The notes below the pieces were generated by a model. The model was not told the origin of the DNA. It was given only the letters and a program-made list of their open reading frames with translations, and searched no databases. From positions 732,613 to 796,612 of the forward strand of contig CM082588.2 in the NCBI GenBank assembly GCA_040954595.2: a DNA stretch of 64,000 bases, in the 5' to 3' direction. Shown here in pieces: positions 14,901 through 27,403 of this stretch (the first letter of the stretch is position 1; every line of letters begins with the position of its first letter). Position numbers and translations under genes: made by a program. Origin of the DNA: Balanoglossus misakiensis. Lineage: Eukaryota; Animalia; Hemichordata.

Positions 14901-17900
14901 TCTTGAAGATTCACTGTAGACTTCAGTGATTCCTGTTTATTTTAGTCTGCAAATGCTTAAAATTTTAACCGCAAAGTTTATTCCGCTAATCTTTTTGAAA
15001 GGTCAGCATGGGGGCAGATGTGGTGTGAATATAACGGGAGTCTGTTATTGAATCAACGTTGTTTGAAGGTGTGGGCTGGACATCTCGAGATCAACAAGCC
15101 AAAACAAAACCAGTTTCAAAGAGTGAACACAGAAAACATCTCCAGATCGTCTTAGCTTGACGTACTTGTGTAAAGATTATCGAATAAGGCAATATCCGTA
15201 TAATTTGTCAGCTTTCAATGTCAACACAACCCAGTGATATTAACTAATTAAGCCAATTAGAGTCGTTATACCTAGAGAGTATTGAAACAGATTAAACTTA
15301 GTGCCGGTAATACCGTTGAACAACAAAAACGCACATTTTTTATGGCCGAGATCCGAACACGCGTGTAAATGTGAACTTTTTTTTCGGGGAACGGCAGGTG
15401 TTTTTAGTAAAGAAAGTAACGGTCTCGGAACTTGTCTTCCAGTGCTTGGGTAACCCGTCGCACTATTGAGACGGGACAATTAAATTTTAGCGCAACATGT
15501 GGTATTTCTCATGTCGTATGGAATATATACTTTACTGCGTGTTGGAGAAATCGGGTGTATTTGAAATAAGTTTTTTAAATACATATTTATGATAACATCA
15601 TACGATTTAAAAATATACCACTTTCTACCTTTTGATGGAGATATTTTAACTGACCACGGATTTGAAGTTTGTCATTTTCTTATGCGGGTATCATGACAAG
15701 GGTGATCTTTAGAATGTTTGGTCCGCCACCAACCAAGCAATCAAGCAAGCAACTTTACGTAATTTCGTTTTTTGAAATTCTCTCCAACTTGTAAAACTTT
15801 CTATGTCCGAAGTAACCCCCCCAACAAGGACACATTAGACCTATAGATCTCAACAATTGTCTCGTTTTTAGTTTTTATTTCGGGGATTACAGGCACACGC
15901 AGCACCCTAGCCTCCCGAAAACAAATTAACAGGCGAATATAAAACTTGTATATTTCAGTCAATTTGAGATGTCATCCTCACAAACCGTGTAAGTTGCGAG
16001 CACGTGTTTGGGAGAGTACAAGTCTCTTTGTGTCTCTCATTGGACTGCGTGCTTGGCGTGTGACTGCCCCCAGGTCCGTGTGGCCGCTGCGCCAGTTACA
16101 TTGAAGGACCCGTGCAAGCATGATGGACACGTTTTGCGGTTCCCACACTGTTTCTATGTCTGGCTCCTGGCTGTACCGGTTAACTGCTAACCGTTCGCCT
16201 GCTCTCAAGCGAGACACACACGCAATTTGGTAGCCACGGGTATTGCACAGTAAATCACAATTTTGCTTCGGCAGACGGGATTCAAATAGACTCTCATGCT
16301 TCGCGGCAGTGAAGCTGTCAGGGTTGATTGGTTCTAACAGCGGTAACTTGCAATTAAAAACACTATTTGGATTCATTTGCAGTTTCTTGCTGTAAATTTC
16401 ATCTCGAGATCTGATCATCAAGTAGCCGAACACTTGTGTGATTATACTAGAATCATAACGAAAATATTAGATTGAACTACGGGAGTTTTTTTCCGGAGAT
16501 ATTAAGCAACGCGTTACTTAGAAGTAAACACCGTGTATCAAATAATGTTGAATTTGTCCGAAAATGCCTTACTGGTAACAAACACTCCAACCTGTCCATT
16601 ACGATGCCGGTTGAAATATCTTTGAATGAAAAGATCACAAATCTTGAGTGACAGGTCGACTGCAGTTACAATTCTTGACAGACAGACATTCACACAAAGA
16701 TAGATGCAGAAAATGAAACTGACAGAAGTGGAATTCAAGACACAAAGCGCTTTGTCGCTTGCATTTTCATTAAACTGTTCATGGGCAATGTTAGGCGGAA
16801 TCACTGGTTGAGTTTTATTAAGGAGATAAAACGTCCACATGATATCAATGTTGGAGGGGCTGAACGAATCTGGATAAGGCACGAGAGTTCCTTTGTGATT
16901 CTTTCAGTGGGAACAGAATGAGTTGTCTTTGTGGCGTCTATTTCCACACGTGCAGTCAGTTACAGAGAAACAAGAAACAAGAATAGAATTGAACGATCCC
17001 CAAAAGAGACAACGCGGGTACTGAGACAGACGCGATGGAAACAGTCATTGGAGAATCTGCTGCATGTGGAGGTCAAACAAAGAGACAAACGAAAACAAGA
17101 GTAACATTGCTAATGAATTCGTTTCGCCGCATTCCAATGAAATACAGGACTGCGAGCAAACAGAGAACGACTGATAAACTTAACCCTTTCACCCCTGAGA
17201 CAGGAACTTCAGAACATTGAACAAAGCGTACTCAAATTATGACAATGACAACCTACAGGTTGTACCAGATATTCAGAATTTGTACGGTTTTATCAGACTG
17301 TCAATTATTCAGAGAGCACAAGGAAGACTATTCCCCAAACAACTTTGGTTTGAAGTTAATCTAAGCTTAACACCATAAGACACCAGTGTCCATGGTGTTG
17401 CGGGAAGACGTTTGAAACTGCTCTGTGAACAAGTCCCCGGATGTTGTTTAAGACTGGACCACCAGCCGATACAGCAGGTACATCGTCTGGCGTTCTCAGA
17501 TAAGATAAAAACATCTCCGTGCGGGAAACTGTGAAAATTGATTAATAATTAAGGTTGAAGTATAGAGGGTTTCACCCTAATCCCTTGAAAAATCTTAAAC
17601 ATTTAATTTTGAATCGCTGGGTATTTATTATTCATGTGTGTACTGAACAAGTGTTGGAACTTTTGAATTGCGATAGCCGGGCTTTGACAAAAAATCATTA
17701 CGTGAATGGAGGTTCTGTTTTTCTTTTCCTGGGTCAATGTTTGTAGAAGTCTGTTGTAGATTATGGAATAGCGGATACCTGTTCGTGTTCTCTCAGAATT
17801 CCCATACTTTGCATTGTTTGCTATGGGTTCAATTATAGACAAGTACTTCTCTCAAAATCAATACGCCTTTTAGATTGTTTTGTGTGGTTTTCCGGAAGAC

Positions 17901-20900
17901 CTTGTAAATCCATTCTGTATGTCACAGACCCTGGAATCGATTGTTTCACAGGAATTCTGGCGGGGAATTTAGAATCGCGCACAGATAGTAAACGACATAT
18001 GCCAACGACGGGGTTCAAATTGCTAGTCAGTTTAACATCTTGGTGCGATGTCTTGTCACAATGGACATCAAAGGCCTAATTGACTTCGGACGAAACGGCT
18101 TGATTACAATTGCGCCAGTGTATAGATGGAGACAATAAGGAGCGGGTCCATTGACCATTATAGTTTCTTTGACAAAGATGCACACGAACCTCGGAAAAGA
18201 TTACTACATTGGAAACTTGGATTTGGCCGACAACCAGTAATCCGTTTTTGCAAGAAGAACTGGAAACCGAAACAAAGAATGACAAAAAGATAGAAAGAAA
18301 GAAAGAAGAAAACGAGCAACAGGTGTTTGGGAAACTCTAACCGACCAGTAAACTTGGTTGACAAAGATATACAAGACAGTTGCTGGTACATGTACGTGTT
18401 GGCAATGAATTTGGCATGTGCGTTTAGAAATGTTAAAAGACCCAAATTCATCCGAGTCAAAATTTAGATGGGGACGAACGACGGTCAATTGTATCTTGGA
18501 TGTTTTCGCGTGTAATTGAGATTTTTATGGTCGCTTTAAACTAAAGACGTCTTTTTCAAAACCTTCAATTGTACCTAGCTGTTGGTTTTGTTTCATCCTT
18601 GTGCGAGGTTCTTGGAACTTGAACCAAATATGACTCATGTGCCAGCACATATTGTATCGATTTACCGAACCAATGTCCGATTCTACTAGCTGCTCTATTC
18701 AATCTCTTAAACTCTGTTTGCTTTGGCTAAAATTCTATCCGATGAATACATCGAAAACGGACTTTGATGTAAGTACATTGTATTGTTACCCGCTGATCGC
18801 ATAACGGAAAGATAATGAGTCAAATAATGAAGGGGCAATCAAAAGCTATGGTTTAAAATTAACAAGGCATTGTTGATTTGTTTGTTTTTAATAAGGAGTT
18901 GAAAACAGAGCCCACGTGCTGGGTATCAACGCTTTGTTCGATTAATCTTCAATGCTGAGTCCGTGGCTTTCATTCTAGGTTTAGACGGCCAATTATCGCC
19001 CTCACATGAAATAGAAATCGGCCTCATTCACTTAAAGTATACAGAAGACCTTGTATGTAAATGGGATTAAGTTTAGACAATCCTTTTCATTGAATGAAAT
19101 GTCTTGACTTTCTTATCGTTGATTTTCATGAAAGCCAGAACGGGCTTGTTGGTCACAGTTATACATTTGAATCAATCGGGCTTACCTTACGTCAAATCTT
19201 GTAGTTGGCGAAGAAGAAACTGCAGCGCTTTCATCTGGTCTAACCAGTCCGATTGTTTTTTCATCTCTGCAAAACATAATTAGACGCACAGATTTAGGAA
19301 AACAGTGTCATATACATGTCTTTCAGTTTGATGAGCGTTTTCGACTCAAACAATTAAACTGTGAGAAAGGCATTGGACAACAGAGTTAGAGACATAGAAG
19401 AAAGAAAATCGCCAACTGATACGAATGCCAAAGTGACGTACCATAAACACCCTGGTAGTAAAGTTTAGTTAGTAAATTTATTGTATCAGTGTATCTTGTA
19501 AATGCTGGAAAAGACATTGATCTCGTCAGGGCATGTCTTTGTGCGCGTGTTTAGCCCCATTCACTATACCAGCCGAGAGAGTGACGGTTGTTTTTACAAT
19601 ACACGCGAACTGAACTGTGAAGTTGTACTTCTTCTGGAATTTTAAGAATTTTAAGACAATGTTGGCGACATTAGCCGAACAAGTGGCCGAGGTTTCACGT
19701 CAAATGCCGGAACGGGGATAAGAAGGTTCCTAAGAGGTGTTCAAATACCTAGAAATTTAATTAAAAGGCAACCTTCATAGTCTAATGCTGCTTTGAATTG
19801 TGGCAACTAAATAAATTACCTGGATCAATATTTGGACTAAAACGGGCCAGAATTCGTCCAAATAAATCCTAAAAGTTTGATTAATGATTCATTCCCTTGG
19901 TCACGAGTTTTTCGGATACAATCTATTCAAAACTGTGCTATTTCTCTCATTTAGTAAAGAAAACTGCGGTCAATAATTGAGAAATTGGCAATAAACAATG
20001 CATGATTTTTAATTTAAAAATAGTTGTGGCCTGTCGCTTAGGTTGATATAGATTTCTTTCCACACGCCCAATCAAACAGATTCAGCGAATGGGTATATGC
20101 AAATTCCTTGCTGTCACTCAGGACTCAAATAAATCAATGCGCGGGGATTGGAAAGTTTCTATGTGGGAATGGTTGAAATTTCTTTTCTCGGATGGTTAAA
20201 CACATCATGGCGTGGGCAAAAATTGGAGCTAGAAATTCCCTTCTATTATAGTTGCTTGGTTAAACGAAACGGAATGAATTGGTGGTGGAAATTGATACAT
20301 TATTAGTTTGAAGCGGACAAGTGGATGATTACACGCCAGATTTGGAAGTTTCGTTACATCTGTGCGTGTGTGCATGGGCGTTGCCATTGGATGAGAATTG
20401 GTACAGAAAGAGAAGTATTGTTTACTTTGGAGACGAGTATGTTGCAGGGCTGGGCCAACACAGTCGCGGATGGTCCTCAAATCTTCGTGGATATTTATTA
20501 AAGGTAGATTTCCCAGAGAAACGAACAAAGAAAACTATCCACCCCGCGCTTGGTTGCATAGTAACTGCATGCCATGTACCTAGCCAGCCGAACGCTTAAA
20601 CACTTCGCGTTAGGTTGAACGCCGACAAGAATCGGTGGGAAAATACAGCGAAATGAGTCTGGATTGCATTCTCTTGAAAAGAAGACACGGCGCAACCTCT
20701 ATTCAATGCAAATTGTCAATATGCTGAAGTTGAGTTTGCGCACGCTTCACGAAAGAGTGGGAAAATTTCCCAACAAACAAAGAGTTACCGATATCACGGG
20801 GTTTGTCACTAAGTCTCTTAAAAACAGAGCTTTCCCACACCCGGGACCATTTGGGATCAGAGATACCACTGAGGTCGGACTGGCTGAAAAGCGTCGATGT

Positions 20901-23900
20901 ACCAGTGAGTAAAACCTTTCCCTCTTTCGTACCAAACAAGAAATTCACGTTTATTTACAAGTTCTTGTTCCCGCGAGGAAAAAATCTCTATTCTCTGAAA
21001 AAACGGATTAGGTCGACCTCTTGTTCTCAGATGTTTTTATTTAAACTTGCAGCTAACAGAAGTTTGCCGAAGTACAAATGTCTGATATGCCTCAGGGGTA
21101 TGAACTAGCGCGCGCGGGGGGGGGGGTGATTTGCTTCTGGTTCGTCCATCGCCTATCTGTATTTTCCTTCCACCATTTCGGTTTTTGTTGCCTTCAAACT
21201 ATACTTGGATACCGTTGAATTAGAAAGGGCTTCGCGTTTGGTAAGAACCAACGGCGATAGAGTATAAAGGTTGCGCGGTTCTGGTGAAACAGAAAGTCCT
21301 GGACAGAAACATAGTGTTTCGTCACGTCACCGACAGGTGACAGAAACAGCTGATACCATCGCTTCCCCCAAGCGGTTGTTAATTAATTACTTTGTTTTTT
21401 AATACGATGTGGTCGGAATAAGAACAAAAAGTTTTACGTCTAAGCACCCGCCATGGGATTTTTCGGCAAACGAAGAAGCTATATTTACTGTTGTAGGTCC
21501 CGGTAGTTAATGACTGTCGCAACGCTCCCAAGTCGGTCATAAACCTTAATAGAGACAGTAGGCTAGACGAAAAAAGGAATTCCGCCGATCGAGTTTTTAA
21601 ACAGGGCACTGCAAAACAATTTAGAGAGCTGTGTGCATGTGGAGTGATACATAACGACGCTATAGAAAACATACATGGGCGACGGTCTCTCCATCCTTTG
21701 AACGGGACAATTACGTACATTTCTTTCAGTGGCCGGGTGAGTGTCTCAATCATGTGATAAAGGCAACTGCAACCTATAAAATAGAGAGCACTTCACGAGT
21801 ATAACGTTGAACACTCAGGATTTGAAAAAAAGATAAACTATCCAGTTTCCGGATGAGTTTATCGTGCTATTTTGTTCTAGCGAGTTTCGCTTGCAATAAG
21901 ACACAACAGTTCACGATAGCCACAGTCTCTGGGTGGAGGGACTAAGTGAAGGCGAAAAAGAGACAATTATCTTCATTGTTGATGCAGGATTGTTTGCTAG
22001 AACGGGAGGTTTACAGCTTTCCCCCATCGTCTGCTCTAATCTTCAGTTGTGCTTCTTGTTGTACGCTAAGAAATCGCTGTTATCTGCCAGGACTATTCAT
22101 GTGCTAATCTGGGCAAACAATCGCCGCTCGACACAGAAAGTTGTTGTGATTCTTATTCAAGTACCCTGCTTAGCAGTGTTGATGACTACGAACACGAAAA
22201 CCACATTTCAACCTCAGCAATTCGAAAAGCAATCCAAATCGCTATCGATTTAAATCTTAAGAGGTGGGCCACTCGCATTTTTCATCGACGATCAGATTTG
22301 AGTCGATTACGGCTCCTCGAAAGTGACAGTATTTTGGTGAATTGCATTTATCGCAGTAATCGTATTTTGGACCACTCGGAACAATGGAATAAAACTTGGT
22401 ATTACGCTGCAAATACTTTGAAATACAAGGGAATGATCTCAAATCCGTTCGTATCAATTAACAGATCAACCATCATGCGTAATAAAGCAAGGTTTGATAA
22501 ACAACGCCGCGCCGTTTCTCGTTGAGTGTCCATTCACTGGATTGTTTCATTCTACTATATCCAAATTTCAAGTGCATCTTAGCTTTGCAAGCGGGTAGCT
22601 TCTCACTGCATTGTTCGTGAACAGGTGTCCGCAGTTACTCGCTCATCTTGGAAAACAAATGAGCTGAAGGAGAATTCATGTGTCGACTTGCACCATTGTT
22701 TTGACCAATCGATGTCTGGCAAATCCCTTCCCCGAAATGGCGAAAATAACTTTTAACTGACAACGAATGCACAGCTCTCATGCTCGTCTACAGAGGAATC
22801 AAGTTAATAGCCAGTTTTCTACCTTTTTGGAATTTGCAAAAGCGACAGAAAATACTTTTTGTTTTTGGTCAATCATTGTGGCTCTGATGAAACGCCCGAA
22901 GCCCGTGAACTGATGATCATACTACCGTTGTCATTTTAGCGACCCGAAACACTGATAAGAACTCCAATATAATTAGCCAGAGTAAACTGAGATTTTTATG
23001 CTGAAGTCGGCATCTGGTTACGTTCGTTTTGATCATTAGAACTGATTAGAGCAGTTCTGTATCAACACACTCTGGGGGGTGTCCTGCTTCGAACATGTCT
23101 AAAACACATGTGTACACATTTGTAAAGAGATTTTACACAGTGTCAGTTTTGAAGCAGGATGCCCCCTGTGGTACATGTTGATACAGAGCTATGTAATCAG
23201 TTATAATGATCATTGCAAATGTAATCATATGCCGACTTCAGCATAAAAATCTCAGTTTACTCTGGCTAATTATATTGGAGTTCTTATCAGTGTTTCGGGT
23301 CGCTAAAATGACAACGGTAGTATTAGTGACACAACCAGACATGTGTGTTCATTGTTCTGTGGTTCAAATAGAACCATCAGATGCCCCGCTGATAATCTTC
23401 TCAAAGTCCTGAAGTGAAGGTGTTTAAACGTGTTTCCCTGAGATTCTCAGGCAAAGCAACTAATCTGTTCTGTGACGTCACTACAGAGTGTACTATCAGT
23501 GTTGCATCACATACAGGTAATGGCCCAAGGCAGCAGATCACACCGTCTTAATAAAGTCTTCGATCCCCCCACTCTTCCTTTCAAGGGCCTCATTTTCCGC
23601 ATCAGTTATTTCATTCCCTCGTCTATTACAGGACGAATATTGCCCCGGCAGACGAGAGAATGCCTTGTTTTCATCACTGATTCTGTTTTTAACTTACAAA
23701 GTCAGAGCACAATACGGAACCAGAGCCAATTTATTTTGGAAAGCCATTCTGTTTCCGCGACGGTAACAGTTTTAATTGCAGCTTTATTGGACAAATCAAG
23801 TGACTGGTGATGAAGAAAACCTTACAGACAACTAGCAATGTTTATGTATACATGTATATGGGAATGAGTCCATGAGAATGTTTAGGTGTTTGTCTGTATA

Positions 23901-25892
23901 CAACACCATGGTGATTACACCTCTAATGTTCTTATTAAAACCGTGACCACAAATCTGATAGCTCGCTACATTGTATAATGAATGAAATTGCTAAAAGAAA
24001 TTGAGTGTTCGAACAAACACGAATGCAAACAAGCCAGTGATTGCCGTATCCCTGGGCCACAGTTATTACAAAACCATGTATATATACAACTTGAAAACAA
24101 GTGGTTCCGTTTCTGATGCACACCTGGTACCTTTCCACATCTATTCTCACAGTCGAATGATTGGTTTAAAGACCCACTTCAACATTTAAGACAGGATAAA
24201 CGCTAATCGCAAAGTCGTTGATAAAATTATCGTGGAATCCAAACACAATAAGTATTAAAGTGGTTAAGTAGATTTGGCAATTAAGGAAAGCGATAGTCTG
24301 TTAATGTTACATTAAGACAGATCCGTTCAGTTCCTTTACTTCGCCAACTGACCGACTAACTTTTGACCCCAAATATCTACAATCATGTCAGAAGTTGCCA
24401 ACTTTGCACTAATTACTTTAATCCCTTTTGAAACCTAATGGTAATCGCTATTTCTCTGTCTTGTCTTTGCTCGCTAGGTGATCATCGTTACGTGTGTAAA
24501 CATTGCTGGAAGATATTCCGATACCCGAACACCCTGAAGGCTCATATTCGGTTTAAGTGCACCAAGACTGATACCAACGCCGCCCAGAACATCATTCATC
24601 GACCGAGTGAAACTTCAATCCTAACCACGGCGACCCACGACCGAACCAACGGCGTCGCCATGGGAACATCGAGCGGCAGTCACGGGCGAAGAAAAGACGA
24701 CCTGGCGCTGCCTCGTCGCCATAGTAACCCCAAAATCACCCCACACTTCAACCCTTCTTTGTTAAATCCGAATGTCAGATCAGCGTTCAGACCACATGCG
24801 CAGTCTTCTTCAAGTGCGTCCAAAGAAGCGAACCACATGAGAACAGACACTGACAGGGCTATTATAAGGAAAATCGAGCATCATCCGGTAACCATAACAA
24901 CACCGGTGGTTACCAGCTGTTCGTCGCTGACGGGGCATCACCTTGGATCTGGCCTCCATAGCAACGGAGAGATGAAAAAGCTGTTCACAACTCCCGCTTT
25001 CCCAGTTGAGAAATCGATTGCATATTCCAGCGTTGGTTCCTTGCTCCCTTATCACCTCCAAGAAAGACATCTCACACATGCGCCCCACAAACCGTTCGAG
25101 AAGACATGCTGTCCCTTGTACAGCCAGTCAGCTCAACTCCATGGCAACATGTCGTTCACAGGAGCCATGGAAAGAAGTTTGGAGCATGCGCATTACACTG
25201 ACTATCATCCGTCGTATCCCTTTTATCACCAACAGACATATGAGATGCATTCCCAGTCACTTCGGACATACAACTCTATGCTGCCTATGCATAGTGGCGA
25301 GTACCTGACAACCAGTTCACATTACTTGCCCTACAAGATACCATACTCCAACATGTTGAAGTACCCAGAACCACTCAGCTTTGTGGCACCTTCAGAAGAA
25401 TTCTCTCCCTTTAAAATGCCAAATATTGATCGCGAAATCGCCATGCACACACAACCCATGCATATGAACGAACACCAAAGATCGCTCCAGCAGTCACCAA
25501 ACGGCAAGAAGAAAGGACATTTGTGTATTTACTGCGGGAAGCTGTACTCCCGCAAATACGGACTGAAAATTCACCTCCGTACTCACACTGGCTATAAACC
25601 TCTGAAGTGTAAAGTTTGCCTTCGACCCTTCGGAGATCCGAGTAACCTCAACAAACACATCCGACTGCACGCCGAAGGTGACACCCCGTACAGGTGCGAG
25701 TATTGTGGCAAAGTTTTGGTGCGCAGGCGCGATCTGGATCGTCATATCAAGTCAAGACACCCAAACGAAGCCAAAAAGAGAGAAGATGACGAATCGAAAA
25801 AGGCAGAGCGAGACGACGACGACGACATTGAACTTGAAGAGATCGCCTTCAGCAATGATTCAAGTAGCGGATCAGACGAGCAACACGATTAA
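8901..25892 (+). CDS. PRDM13: PR/SET-domain C2H2 zinc-finger transcriptional repressor PRDM13 (3 coding exons, ~618 aa)
   Basis: Exons are 8901-9092 (ETSVWTSTEIPNNIQFGPFEGDFKLG), 14546-14795 (PR/SET core WTRFISAAR..EQNLEA..GEELLVWY) and 24478-25892. The last exon has ZF1 RYVCKHCWKIFRYPNTLKAHIRFKC and the C-terminal triple ZF GHLCIYCGKLYSRKYGLKIHLRTHTGYKPLKCKVCLRPFGDPSNLNKHIRLH..KVLVRRRDLDRHIKSRHP, characteristic of PRDM13. Junctions are GT-AG with phases 0 and 1, 1857 nt in total. Confidence 0.95.
22919..23323. repeat. ~405-bp foldback / MITE-like element in PRDM13 intron 2 with perfect 95-bp outer arms
   Basis: 22919-23013 is the exact reverse complement of 23229-23323. The interior is an imperfect palindrome (e.g. 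23051-23095 vs 23147-23190). The ends read TA-CTACCGTTG...CAACGGTAG-TA, a possible TA target-site duplication. Confidence 0.9.
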
Positions 25893-26074
25893 AAGATCTT
25901 CTTATTGTGGGACATTTATAAAGATTTATACTATCCAGTCGCCAGTACGATATATCTATCAAAGATCAATAGTTTCAGCGATATGATTTTTAAAACGCAT
26001 CTTGTTGACACTTTGAATCAAGGAAACAGAACTTTGATGACGTCATGTGTACAAACTTTTATATCGAACTATGT

Positions 26075-26105
26075 AATAAATAAATGGCCATGTGGTTTGA
26101 ATAAA
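26075..26105 (+). promoter_or_regulatory. Candidate polyadenylation signals of PRDM13
   Basis: Overlapping AATAAA hexamers at 26075-26084 and another at 26100-26105, about 180-210 nt after the stop codon. Confidence 0.45.
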
Positions 26106-26974
26106 AGTTAATTCAACATGCAATGTATTAGGATGTAAAACAATTTTTCAAATGAAATAGTAACTTTTAGAAAGCGACATCTACTCTCGAAGCTTAATTC
26201 TTTTGACTGACTTATAACAAAATGAGACATTTTGACTTCATCATATCCGATTTTAAGTAACCTAACCACGGGATGCATACTCAGATACTTGGCTTTCTGA
26301 AAAGGCATAGTTTGTTTCATACTTTTCTTTAAGAATTATTTAATATTTATTGACGATGATAAAGACGGTGTTAGGCCGGGTAATAATTCGGAGGTCGATG
26401 GCGCGTGCACGCGTTCATTATTATTTATTTCATAGTTTCTTTTTTTCTTCTGACATGTACATAACTCTTCAACATTCTGTACAGGCAGCCATATGTCGTG
26501 GAGTGAACAATTTTAACGATGTAAGTACGTTTTCTGGGGGTGTTAACTTAACGTGTTATCTCTTTTTGCTAATCAGTCATCATGACTAGTTACAATCTCA
26601 GCGTAGTTATAAAGTGACGAAAATAGTTTTTTTTTCGGCCGTTTTCAAGTCAGACTTTTCAGACTTTGTTATGTACGTTGCCATAGTTGGGAGTGGTGAA
26701 TAAATATCAGATATTGTTATAAAAGTACAGGCTTATTGTGGTGACATTTCATGAGTATACAGACACAGTTGTCCCGGTTTTTGAACATAACTGCTCTCCT
26801 TGTTTGTTTGTTTTTTTATTTTGACAATACATACAAAAAATGTTAGTGCTGGATAAGGCCAACAAATCTCTATTATCGTCGTTGAGGGCAGCCAGCGGTA
26901 CGGATCAGACCTGACCTCGCGAAGATCTCGTCTAATTTACGTATCTCGCGTACTGCGAGACCCTCTTAATGTTT

Positions 26975-26989
26975 GTATCTAGGGGCAAC
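26975..26989 (+). promoter_or_regulatory. RFX X-box-like motif upstream of RSPH3
   Basis: GTATCTAGGGGCAAC lies ~420 nt upstream of the RSPH3 ATG in a CpG-richer patch. Motile-cilia genes are typical RFX targets. The match is degenerate. Confidence 0.45.
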
Positions 26990-27403
26990 CATTGCCCTCA
27001 ATATTTACACCACAGCACTCCCTATTCATACACATCCGCTAGAAAAGAAGTGCCAAAATACATGTTACGATCAAACAAAGTAGTAAAATTCTACATGGAA
27101 ATCGTAGCAAAATGCTTTTCTTAACTATTTCTTTTGTAAAACCGTCCGTTAATTGCCATTCTAGGATAGAAGTTGATTTTTTTCAATGAACGCGGAATAA
27201 TCAATGACCCTATATCACCGCAAACAGTCCTCCGTAGTGTAGGGAAACACTCTTCGCCATATTGAAGACAAGCCCAGTGTTTCCGTCAGTTTTTAATCGA
27301 CGGCGCTGATATTTAACCTGAACTACCCTGCGATCGGCACTGGTATAAGACTACAGTTTTATTGATATTTCGATATAGCAGGACATTTGAACATTTTGTC
27401 AAA

